The translations under genes were made by a program, and so were the position numbers. From Anaerolineales bacterium (lineage in GTDB: Bacteria > Chloroflexota > Anaerolineae > Anaerolineales > E44-bin32), in assembly GCA_041573795.1 (NCBI GenBank), contig JBFFQB010000002.1:46749-110748 (forward strand): a stretch of DNA of 64,000 nt. Reading direction: 5' to 3'. Positions 56,224 through 64,000 of the stretch are shown here, piece by piece (within the stretch, counting starts at the first letter, position 1; each line of letters starts with the position of its first letter). The notes under the pieces were generated by a model. The model saw nothing but the letters and a program-made list of their open reading frames with translations, had not been told where the DNA came from and made no database searches.

Positions 56224-56779
56224 TCACAGAGGGAGGATCCACATGATCTTCCGATGGTGTTTCTGACGAGGTGTGTTCTTCTGCCTCGACTTGCAGCGGC
56301 GGGAGCTCCTGTAGTGACGCGAGTCCAAAATAGCTCAAGAAATCAGTCGTTGTTGAGTAAAGAAACGGACGCCCGGGTCCTTCACTACGTCCTACTTCTT
56401 CAGTCAAGCCATGCCGAATTAGTGTGCGCAAAACGCTATCCGAATTTACACCCCGCACCGCGTCAATCTGCGGCCTGGTAATGGGCTGTTGGTAAGCGAT
56501 GATTGCCAAAACCTCAAGTGCGGCCCTGCTTAAACGAGCGATCTCCTCCAGCCCTAAAAACTTTTCAATATCTGCGGCGAATTGGGGAGAAGATACCAGT
56601 TGATAACCTTCTTTTGACTTTTGTAGGCGGAAACCTCTTCCTTCATAAAGATCTGCAAGTTCATGCAATGCAAGGTCTGCTTCCCGGGTGGTAATATCCA
56701 AGCTGGTGGCGATTTGACCAGTCGATACCGGCCTGGCAGAAATAAACAACAGTGCTTCAATCCGGGCAATTAGATCCAT
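56216..56779 (-). CDS. scpB: segregation and condensation protein B
   Basis: IEALLFISARPVS..., ALEVLAIIAYQQPITRPQIDAVRGVNSDSVLRTLIRHGL winged-helix repeats; 8-nt overlap with the downstream pseudouridine synthase gene. Confidence 0.9.
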   Translation of the reverse strand: MDLIARIEALLFISARPVSTGQIATSLDITTREADLALHELADLYEGRGFRLQKSKEGYQLVSSPQFAADIEKFLGLEEIARLSRAALEVLAIIAYQQPITRPQIDAVRGVNSDSVLRTLIRHGLTEEVGRSEGPGRPFLYSTTTDFLSYFGLASLQELPPLQVEAEEHTSSETPSEDHVDPPSVND

Positions 56780-56837
56780 ATCTTAATCCCAATCCAAGAC
56801 GACTCGCCGTGCTATAATGCCCGGCGATCTTTGATGA

Positions 56838-57437
56838 GTGAGGTCATCGCGTTTGAATTCATTAGCAGGAAGATCAGGGATTCTTGGATTATTAATCTCG
56901 ATCATTAGCTTGATGTTCGCATCACTTGCCTGTCAGATCGATCTCGGAGGTCCTGCGAGACCGGGAATTTTGATCAAAGCTGATGAGAAAGAAGCTACCG
57001 AAGTTGCACAAATCTGGTCCGATGCCATCTCTCATGCAGTCTCAAGCGGGCAGGTCATTGTATTGTTTAATGAGGTACAAATCACAGGTTTCGTTGAACA
57101 ACGTATTCGCTCTGATTCAACTCCAATTTTAAATGACCCCCAAATATACTTGCGGCAGGGGCAAATACAAGTTTATGGAACTCTTGCGCGCGGCTTTCTT
57201 CTATCTACCGCTCTGATCCGCATTGAACCCAGCGTTGACGCTGACGGCCAGCTGGAGTTTAGGCTCGTTGAAGCAAGTGTTGGCCCTATTCCTGCACCGG
57301 ATCTCTTAATGGAAAGTATCTCGACGATATTAACAGAAGCGCTAACGGGTTCGATCGGCTCACTCGCCACCGGCATTCGGATATCTTCCATCGCGATCGC
57401 CGACGGTGAGATGTCAATCGTTGGTGAGATCCGTTAA
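56838..57437 (+). CDS. hypothetical membrane-anchored/secreted protein (199 aa)
   Basis: N-terminal hydrophobic anchor ILGLLISIISLMFASLAC; non-ATG start per the ORF track; no recognised domain. Confidence 0.5.
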   Translation: MRSSRLNSLAGRSGILGLLISIISLMFASLACQIDLGGPARPGILIKADEKEATEVAQIWSDAISHAVSSGQVIVLFNEVQITGFVEQRIRSDSTPILNDPQIYLRQGQIQVYGTLARGFLLSTALIRIEPSVDADGQLEFRLVEASVGPIPAPDLLMESISTILTEALTGSIGSLATGIRISSIAIADGEMSIVGEIR

Positions 57438-57477
57438 AGAACCGGGCGGATTATACCAATCTGAAATTAGAGCAGCA

Positions 57478-59070
57478 ATGCAGAAAAAAGTTTCAAAACT
57501 CAACATTGTACTTGTCATACTCTTTATTCTTTCACTGGCTGGATGCTCGAACCCCCAGGCGACGGCTGGGCTGATTCAAATTAAGATTGCCGTTGATGGG
57601 CTTGAACAGGCAGTCGATGTCCCTTCGGGATCAACTGTGCAACAATCCATGGAGATCGCTGGTATCGAATTGGGCGCGCTAGATCGCATAAACCCGCCTG
57701 CCTACACTGTCATAGATGATGGTTCTCGCATTGAAATCACCCGCGTCGATGAGATTTTCGAAATTGAGCAAATCATCATCCCTTTTGAACGGCAAATGGT
57801 ACGGAACGAGGCTTTAACAGAAGGGGAGAATCGCCTGCTTCAACCGGGTAAAAACGGTATTCAGGAGATAACCTACCGAATCCTAATTGAAGCTGGAGAA
57901 GAAACATCAAGAGCACCGGTCAAGAATATCATTCTCGAGGAACCTACACCCGAAATCGTGATGATCGGCACTCAATCGGCTCATACCCCCATTACAATTG
58001 ATGGAATTCTTGCCTATGTAAGCGGTGGCAACGCATGGGTCGTTGAAGGAAATAGCGGTAACCGCCAACCGATCGTGCTCACCGGCGATCTCGACGGACG
58101 TATCCTTGAAATCAGTCCAGATGAGCAATGGCTGCTGTATTCTCGATCGATTGAAGACGAAGAGGGCAGCATCAACTCACTTTGGGTTAGTGCAATCGAT
58201 GACCCCGATTTCGGCCCCGTTGATCTCGGGATCAGCAATGTGGTTCATTTCGCTGATTGGATCCCAGAATCGCCTTCATTTACGATCGTATTTTCCACGG
58301 TAGAACCTAGTCCAGCCGCCCCTGGATGGCAGGCAAATAATGACTTGCAAAGGGTAACTTTTACTGCAGGTGGACGACCACTCCGACCCAGTGAGGTCAT
58401 TGAATCAAACGCTGGAGGGCAGTACGGTTGGTGGGGAACTGATTTTGCATGGGGATCAGATGCGGATACCCTGGCTTACATGCGGGCAGACAGTATCGGG
58501 ATTGTTGATTTAGAAAATGAGAGCCTTGAAGAACTCACGGAGATTACACCGTATCAAACCCTCTCGGATTGGGCTTGGGTACCGGGCCTCGCCTGGGGTC
58601 AAGATGATCAAACACTATATTACGTTGGCCATGGTGACCCGGTTGCCATTGAAAGCCCACAAGCTTCCCCTGTGTTTAACCTTGTAGCTCAATCCTATCG
58701 GGGTGGACCTACGCTTGAGCTCGTTGAGCGTGCCGGGATCTTTGCCTATCCATCTGTCTCACCTATCCGGGAAGTCAACACGATTGAGATCAGCTACAAT
58801 GTGGCCTTTCTCCAAGCGATCACCCCGCTGGAGAGCACGGAGAGTAATTATCGGCTTGCGCTTATGGATCGCGATGGAAGCAACCTCAGGCAACTCTTCC
58901 CACCCACCGGTGAGCCAGGTCTTGAACCGCTTAAACCCGCATGGTCTCCCGCAGGAAATCGCATTGCGGTCATGTATCGAGGTGATATCTGGATTGTCGA
59001 TGTTGCCAGTGGACTGGGGCAACCCCTCACGGCGGATGGGCAATCTGTTAATTTTGATTGGTCAGGCTGA
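57478..59070 (+). CDS. lipoprotein with DUF348-like + G5 domains followed by a beta-propeller (PD40/TolB-like) region
   Basis: ATG 57478 gives the lipobox LSLAGCS. G5-like block [48 protein letters not shown]...IVMIGT. C-terminal WSP.G..IA and D...L.Y repeats. Confidence 0.65.
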   Translation: MQKKVSKLNIVLVILFILSLAGCSNPQATAGLIQIKIAVDGLEQAVDVPSGSTVQQSMEIAGIELGALDRINPPAYTVIDDGSRIEITRVDEIFEIEQIIIPFERQMVRNEALTEGENRLLQPGKNGIQEITYRILIEAGEETSRAPVKNIILEEPTPEIVMIGTQSAHTPITIDGILAYVSGGNAWVVEGNSGNRQPIVLTGDLDGRILEISPDEQWLLYSRSIEDEEGSINSLWVSAIDDPDFGPVDLGISNVVHFADWIPESPSFTIVFSTVEPSPAAPGWQANNDLQRVTFTAGGRPLRPSEVIESNAGGQYGWWGTDFAWGSDADTLAYMRADSIGIVDLENESLEELTEITPYQTLSDWAWVPGLAWGQDDQTLYYVGHGDPVAIESPQASPVFNLVAQSYRGGPTLELVERAGIFAYPSVSPIREVNTIEISYNVAFLQAITPLESTESNYRLALMDRDGSNLRQLFPPTGEPGLEPLKPAWSPAGNRIAVMYRGDIWIVDVASGLGQPLTADGQSVNFDWSG

Positions 59071-59111
59071 ACGCAACGCGCGACAATCTAGTCTTAGGCG
59101 AGGAGGAAATC

Positions 59112-60062
59112 TTGCGTATTTTATTGACGGGTGGGGCAGGTTTTATCGGCTCTCATCTTAGTGACCGACTGCTGAAGGAAGGGCACGAAGTTGTCGTCGT
59201 AGACAACCTGGTGACGGGCAACATCGAGAATATCAGCCACCTTGCAGGACGTGATGATTTTGAATTCATCAAGTACGATGTCTCCAATTTCATCTTCATA
59301 CCAGGCAAGGTGGATGCCGTGTTGCACTTCGCTTCCCCAGCCAGCCCAAACCCCTCCTCTCCCTACGGGTACCCTCAACTTCCAATTCAAACGCTTAAAG
59401 TAGGCGCACTCGGTACTCACAACGCACTCGGCGTGGCAAGAGTTCACCAAGCCCGCTTCTTATTAGCCTCTACTTCCGAAGTTTATGGTGACCCCCAGGA
59501 ACATCCCCAGAATGAAGATTACCTGGGTCATGTCGATCCGGTTGGGCCTCGTTCCGTCTACGACGAGGCAAAGCGTTTCGCCGAATCTATCACCATGGCC
59601 TACCACCGCTATCATGATCTCGATACCCATATTGCCAGGATTTTTAACACCTATGGACCGCGCATGCGGCTCGATGACGGTCGTGTGGTACCAAACTTTA
59701 TTGTCCAGGCGTTGCAGGGTGAGCCCTTGACTGTATATGGGGAGGGTAAGCAAACCCGATCCTTCTGCTACATTGACGATCTGATCGAAGGTTTGTACCG
59801 TCTATTGCTTTCCGACGAGAATTACCCGGTTAATCTTGGAAACCCGATCGAAATCCCGATCTCGACATTGGCGGAAGAGGTCAATCGCCTCACCGGCAAC
59901 AAAGCCGGAATCAGGAAGATACCGGATGGAAGAGCTCCCGCGGATCCCCAGCGGCGCCAACCGGATATATCGAGAGCCAAACAGATCCTGGATTGGGAGC
60001 CTCGTGTCGAGCTTGAGACTGGCTTAGCGAAGACGATTGAGGACTTTAAAGCGCGCTTATGA
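59112..60062 (+). CDS. UDP-glucuronate decarboxylase (UDP-xylose synthase), extended SDR
   Basis: TTG 59112 behind an AGGAGGA RBS gives (M)[31 protein letters not shown] catalytic motif, [10 protein letters not shown]. Confidence 0.9.
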   Translation: MRILLTGGAGFIGSHLSDRLLKEGHEVVVVDNLVTGNIENISHLAGRDDFEFIKYDVSNFIFIPGKVDAVLHFASPASPNPSSPYGYPQLPIQTLKVGALGTHNALGVARVHQARFLLASTSEVYGDPQEHPQNEDYLGHVDPVGPRSVYDEAKRFAESITMAYHRYHDLDTHIARIFNTYGPRMRLDDGRVVPNFIVQALQGEPLTVYGEGKQTRSFCYIDDLIEGLYRLLLSDENYPVNLGNPIEIPISTLAEEVNRLTGNKAGIRKIPDGRAPADPQRRQPDISRAKQILDWEPRVELETGLAKTIEDFKARL

Positions 60063-60538
60063 AATTAAGCCTTTCTAGTAAAAGCAAGCGCGAGCTCACA
60101 CGATTCCTTAAATTTTCAGTTGTCGGAACGATCGGCGCCGTTATAGATTTTGGTCTTCTTTACCTGCTGCATTCAGTTCTTGGATTCAATATTGTTTTTT
60201 CTAATACCTGCTCCTTCACTGCCGCTGTATTGAGCAACTTCATATGGAATCGCTATTGGACCTACCCTGATTCAAGATCAAAAGCTATACGAACTCAACT
60301 ACGTCAATTCTTTATCGTAAATATAGCGGGTTGGGGTATAAATACAGGAATTCTATTGCTATTGCGATTCCCTTTTGCCACATTGATTAGCAACCTCAGC
60401 GTTTATCTACCCTCACTTGGGAATGCAGATGTAAGTTACAAGTTTGGCTACAATTTAGCCAAAATATTCGCGACAATCCTTGTAATGTTCTGGAACTTCG
60501 GTATCAACCGAATATGGACTTACTCTGATGCAGAGTGA
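60059..60538 (+). CDS. GtrA family membrane protein
   Basis: [23 protein letters not shown] and C-terminal [11 protein letters not shown] motifs; ATGA overlap with the decarboxylase gene. Confidence 0.85.
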   Translation: MKLSLSSKSKRELTRFLKFSVVGTIGAVIDFGLLYLLHSVLGFNIVFSNTCSFTAAVLSNFIWNRYWTYPDSRSKAIRTQLRQFFIVNIAGWGINTGILLLLRFPFATLISNLSVYLPSLGNADVSYKFGYNLAKIFATILVMFWNFGINRIWTYSDAE

Positions 60539-60623
60539 TAACTCCTTGTAAGTATGGAACTCCCTGCTCCAATGCAGGTGTTATGTATAATTTAGGAGCA
60601 TACCCACTCTAGGGGAGAAACAC

Positions 60624-61007
60624 ATGGCCGCAGGAAACAAGCAAAAACCGATCCCGATTTATACGACCCGAGGTGATTGGGCCGCTCTGCTGGTTTTCCC
60701 CTATTTGTTCAGTACCGTCGGAGAGTGGATCGGCTTTGTTACCAAGGTGCGTGAGGTGTATGACACAGACGGTGTTTATGTTGGTTGGATCACGAATGAG
60801 CCACGCATTTTACGTAAGCGTATTCTTGAGGATGAACTTAAACGTACGGAACTGCCCCCCTTCCCTTCGAAGATACGTCCACCGGCCACTGTCCCTCTTC
60901 CCCCAATGATGGCCGAGCTTCCATTTGAGATCATCGATGTCTTCGAAGAAGAGCCTGATCGATTACATACGACGGATACCGGTGAATTTAAGGAAGACAT
61001 GGATTAA
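60624..61007 (+). CDS. hypothetical protein (127 aa)
   Basis: GGGGAG RBS, clean ORF; N-terminal beta-hairpin-like repeats (G.W..LL, GEWIGFV, DGVYVGWI); acidic C-terminus; no named domain. Confidence 0.5.
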   Translation: MAAGNKQKPIPIYTTRGDWAALLVFPYLFSTVGEWIGFVTKVREVYDTDGVYVGWITNEPRILRKRILEDELKRTELPPFPSKIRPPATVPLPPMMAELPFEIIDVFEEEPDRLHTTDTGEFKEDMD

Positions 61008-61021
61008 GCGGGGTTAGATCC

Positions 61022-61510
61022 ATGCACGAAGCCAAATCAGTCAAGAGCTCTCGAATTACGCTAAGTCAATTAATGCATCCTGAGCATGCCAACCTGCGTG
61101 GAGACGTACACGGCGGATGGATCATGAAGCTCGTTGACGAAGCGGGCGCATTGGCGGCGATGCGGCACGCACAGTGTCGAGTTGTCACAGTGGCGATCGA
61201 CCAGATGACCTTCCATGAGCCAATCCGTATTGGCGACCTGGTGATCTTGAACGCTGAACTGACATATGTTGGTCGGACTTCAATGGAGGCGCGGGTCGAG
61301 GTCATTGCTGAAGACCCGGTGAGCGGCACCCAAGCACGCACAAACACTGCCTACGCCGTTTATGTCGCACTGGACGATGAACGTAAGCCCCGCCCAGTTC
61401 CTCCCTTGCTGGCAGAAACCAAAACAGAGATCCACCGCATGGAAGCGGGTAAGAAACGCCAAGCCTACCGATTAGCGAATCGGCGCGCGGATCAGGCGAC
61501 AGTGGACTGA
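61022..61510 (+). CDS. acyl-CoA thioesterase (hotdog fold, YciA/Acot-like)
   Basis: LMHPEHANLRGDVHGGWIMKLVDEAGA...VTVAIDQMTFHEPIRIGD. Confidence 0.85.
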   Translation: MHEAKSVKSSRITLSQLMHPEHANLRGDVHGGWIMKLVDEAGALAAMRHAQCRVVTVAIDQMTFHEPIRIGDLVILNAELTYVGRTSMEARVEVIAEDPVSGTQARTNTAYAVYVALDDERKPRPVPPLLAETKTEIHRMEAGKKRQAYRLANRRADQATVD

Positions 61511-62664
61511 TGCCTGAAAAAGTGCAATCCCTTACTGAATTACTCGCACGCGCTGGCGCTCAACGCTTCCTCGAAGCCCCGGCACCTGAAGATATGGGAT
61601 TGGCAGAACACCTGCCCTTTCCCTTTCTTGGCATTGTGGGCCAGCTCGAGATGAAATTAGCCCTGATCCTATCCCTGATCAATCCAAATATTGGAGGGGT
61701 CCTGCTCATCGGTCCGCGTGGAACCGGGAAAACAACTGCAGTAAGGAGCCTAAGCGGTCTTCTCCCTGGCGTTGAGCGCAGTCGATGCCCCTATGGATGC
61801 CTTCCCGAAGATATCGAATCTGGCGGGATGGAGGCTGTGTGTCCCGATTGTGCCAAGCGATTTGCCCAGGGTGATCCATTGACCTATACAGATCATGTAA
61901 AACTGATTGAGCTTCCATTGAATGCAAAACTTGAAGATGTTGTCGGGGGGCTTGATGAGAGGGCAAGCATGCACCAGCGTATGCGCATTGAACGCGGGAT
62001 CCTGGCACGCGCAGATCAGAACATCCTCCACATCGATGAGGTCAATCTCTTAGAGGATGAGATCGTCGATGCCATCCTCGATGCCGCTACCCAGGGCATC
62101 TATACAGTCCATCGGGGACCTCTCGCAGCAACCTATCGTGCTCGCTTCATTCTCATTGGCTCGATGAATCCCGAAGAAGGCCGTTTGCGGCCACAAATCT
62201 TGGACCGTTTTGGTTTAAGAGTGGCTGTACAGGGACTGGACAAGAAACAGGACCGATTTGATGCCTACAAACGGTCCATGGCTCACCGCTATAATCCCCG
62301 TCAGATGATCGCTGAGGTCGCTGATGCGACCGAACAAATCCGCTTGGAGCTTGAAAGCGCGCGAGCCAACATTGAAGCGGTCGAGATCAGCTCCAGAGCA
62401 CAGCAATTTGCGCTTGGCATGATCAAGGAACTAGGGATCCATTCCCTGAGAGCTGAACTGACCCTCTTCGAAGCTGCGAGGTCACACGCTATTGCTGATG
62501 GACGGATGAAAGCGATGGTTGATGATATTCAACGTGTGGCGCCAATGACTCTGAGATTGCGGCGCTCGAGCTACATCGAAGAATATCTTTCAATACAGGA
62601 AACCGAAGACAAGGAAATCCAAGCGATTTCACGCAGATTACGATCGACCAAGAAGAAGAAATAA
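61510..62664 (+). CDS. ChlI/BchI-like AAA+ ATPase (Mg-chelatase subunit I family) with a Cys-rich insertion
   Basis: FPFLGIVGQLEMKLAL, Walker A GPRGTGKTT, Walker B ILHIDEVNLL, sensor GSMNPEEGRLRPQILDRF; insert CPYGC...CPDC. Confidence 0.8.
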   Translation: MPEKVQSLTELLARAGAQRFLEAPAPEDMGLAEHLPFPFLGIVGQLEMKLALILSLINPNIGGVLLIGPRGTGKTTAVRSLSGLLPGVERSRCPYGCLPEDIESGGMEAVCPDCAKRFAQGDPLTYTDHVKLIELPLNAKLEDVVGGLDERASMHQRMRIERGILARADQNILHIDEVNLLEDEIVDAILDAATQGIYTVHRGPLAATYRARFILIGSMNPEEGRLRPQILDRFGLRVAVQGLDKKQDRFDAYKRSMAHRYNPRQMIAEVADATEQIRLELESARANIEAVEISSRAQQFALGMIKELGIHSLRAELTLFEAARSHAIADGRMKAMVDDIQRVAPMTLRLRRSSYIEEYLSIQETEDKEIQAISRRLRSTKKKK

Positions 62665-62761
62665 TTGCCCTCTTACTTTCCTATCGCGCTTTTCCCTTAA
62701 GACGCTTTAAAGCAAACGGACCGGTGTCAACCGGCCCATCGCGTTAAGTCATATGTTGTAA

Positions 62762-62998
62762 TTATTTTAGATGTTCATCGATGTAGGCAATTGCTTCACC
62801 TACGGTCGTGATTTTCTGCGCATCCTCATCCGAGATCTCGCCACCAAATTTTTCCTCAAATGCCATGATCAATTCGACCAGGTCAAGCGAGTCCGCTTCC
62901 AAATCCTCGCGGAACTTGGCTTCACTCGTTACCTTCTCAGCATCTACACCAAGAAGTTCGACTATGATGCCTTTCACGTCCTCAAAGGTTTCTGCCAT
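62762..62998 (-). CDS. acpP: acyl carrier protein
   Basis: 78 aa from ATG 62998: ...[22 protein letters not shown] (phosphopantetheine Ser in DSLD). The longer ORF to 63079 is an upstream extension. Confidence 0.95.
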   Translation of the reverse strand: MAETFEDVKGIIVELLGVDAEKVTSEAKFREDLEADSLDLVELIMAFEEKFGGEISDEDAQKITTVGEAIAYIDEHLK

Positions 62999-63120
62999 GA
63001 GTCGCCTCCTATATTTTGCTTCGGCGCTCAGGATTGTAACCGAAGCGCACTCCGATAAGCAAGTTGACACACCGTGCAAGCGCCAGTAAGATGGCGCTCT
63101 CTCACTAGGAACACCTCCCT

Positions 63121-64000
63121 ATGGGCAAAGTTACGCAGGCATCAAGAAGAAAATCCGAACACTTGGAGATCAATCTAGAGCGCGATGTAGGCTCCGGATT
63201 GACAACCGGATTCGAACGCTACCGTTTTATCCACGAGGCGCTTCCAGATCTCAATCTTGCCGACGTCCAAACCCAGGTTCAGTTATTCGATCACCAACTG
63301 GACGCACCCTTGCTGATATCCTCCATGACAGGAGGGACATCTGAGGCGGGTCGAATCAATGCTGTGCTGGCTGAAGCGGCGCAAGCGACGAACATCGCCA
63401 TGGGCGTTGGCTCACAGCGCGTGGCAATTGAAAACCCGGAACGGAGTCAATCCTTCCAAGTGCGTAAGTATGCCCCGGATATCTTGCTCTTTGCGAACCT
63501 GGGTGCCATCCAGTTGAATTATGACTATGACCTCAGCACTTGTCAGCAAGCTGTTGAGATGATCGAAGCGGATGCCCTCATCCTCCATCTAAATGCCTTA
63601 CAGGAAGCACTCCAGCCCGAAGGGGAAACACAATTTAAAGGTCTTTTATCAAAGATTGAGAAAGTATGCGCAGGGCTCGCGGTCCCTGTGATTGCGAAGG
63701 AAGTGGGCTGGGGCTTCTCCGTCAAAACGGCAACGCGGCTGATAGAGGCGGGGGTCGCAGCAATCGATCTCGCCGGTGCCGGGGGCACGTCCTGGTCTCA
63801 GGTCGAAATGTATCGTGCGGCAACAGAGGCGCAAGCGGCACTTGCGGCTGCATTTATTGATTGGGGCATCCCTACTGCCGACGCCCTCACCCAACTCCAT
63901 GCCGCCTTCCCAGCAGTACCACTCCTTGCTTCGGGTGGTTTACGCTCAGGTATGGATATCGCCAAATCTCTGGCCCTTGGCGCAACGCTTGGTGGGATGG
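63121..64000 (+). CDS. fni: isopentenyl-diphosphate delta-isomerase type 2 (FMN-dependent), 3'-truncated by the window edge
   Basis: My own translation from ATG 63121: [23 protein letters not shown]...[17 protein letters not shown]...AMGVGSQR...; open to the window end. Confidence 0.9.
   Translation, partial: MGKVTQASRRKSEHLEINLERDVGSGLTTGFERYRFIHEALPDLNLADVQTQVQLFDHQLDAPLLISSMTGGTSEAGRINAVLAEAAQATNIAMGVGSQRVAIENPERSQSFQVRKYAPDILLFANLGAIQLNYDYDLSTCQQAVEMIEADALILHLNALQEALQPEGETQFKGLLSKIEKVCAGLAVPVIAKEVGWGFSVKTATRLIEAGVAAIDLAGAGGTSWSQVEMYRAATEAQAALAAAFIDWGIPTADALTQLHAAFPAVPLLASGGLRSGMDIAKSLALGATLGGM

Noticed and set aside
62999-63079. Longer acpP ORF (105 aa) starting at 63079
   Set aside because: ACPs are about 78 aa. 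The MAETFEDV… start at 62998 gives the canonical length, and the extension is hydrophobic or odd and unsupported.
1-64000. CRISPR arrays, rRNA operons, IS elements, large tandem repeats
   Set aside because: Reading through the intergenic regions showed no regularly spaced direct repeats, no transposase-like ORFs with terminal inverted repeats and no rRNA-like sequence. The repetitiveness in the TPR and NHL genes is at the protein-motif level only.

Overview
This is a dense chromosomal window with about 60 CDS, one tmRNA and one tRNA-Leu. No CRISPR array, rRNA, transposase or prophage structure is visible. Most of it is housekeeping: smpB/ssrA, hflX, trmFO, plsX-fabF, acpP, sucCD, scpB, rsmD, an amino-acid ABC transporter, and type-2 IPP isomerase. 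The gene content and architectures (GT-C/NHL fusion, many TPR and signalling proteins, an Ala-rich tmRNA tag ending PVAA) suggest a non-proteobacterial, possibly Chloroflexota-like organism, but that is only a guess without a search. The most interesting region is a co-directional block of about 17 kb (20.7-37.4 kb). It starts with rpoN, a soluble PAS histidine kinase, and a sigma-54 enhancer-binding protein (EBP) that lacks a DNA-binding domain. The three largest intergenic gaps of the block each contain a near-perfect sigma-54 -24/-12 promoter (TGGCAC/T-N5-TTGCA). One sits in front of rpoN itself. One sits in front of a small membrane protein, a 1690-aa TPR protein and a TPR/gingipain-like (C25-like) cysteine protease. 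One sits in front of an unknown 426-aa gene that is translationally coupled to ftsZ. That gene pair is followed by a small PepSY-like ORF, a tiny membrane ORF and a degenerate LCP-like protein. The protease C-terminus and the small post-ftsZ ORF share a PepSY-like module. I read this as a candidate self-contained, signal-gated sigma-54 regulon controlling cell division and envelope functions, and I do not recognise it as a described system. Secondary points of interest are a conserved-looking unknown gene wedged between smpB and ssrA, a Ser/Thr kinase paired with an FHA-wHTH regulator, an SPFH protein fused to an excisionase-type HTH, a GT-C glycosyltransferase fused to NHL repeats, and a DUF348-G5 lipoprotein ending in a beta-propeller. 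All domain calls come from motif recognition by eye. No database search was run.
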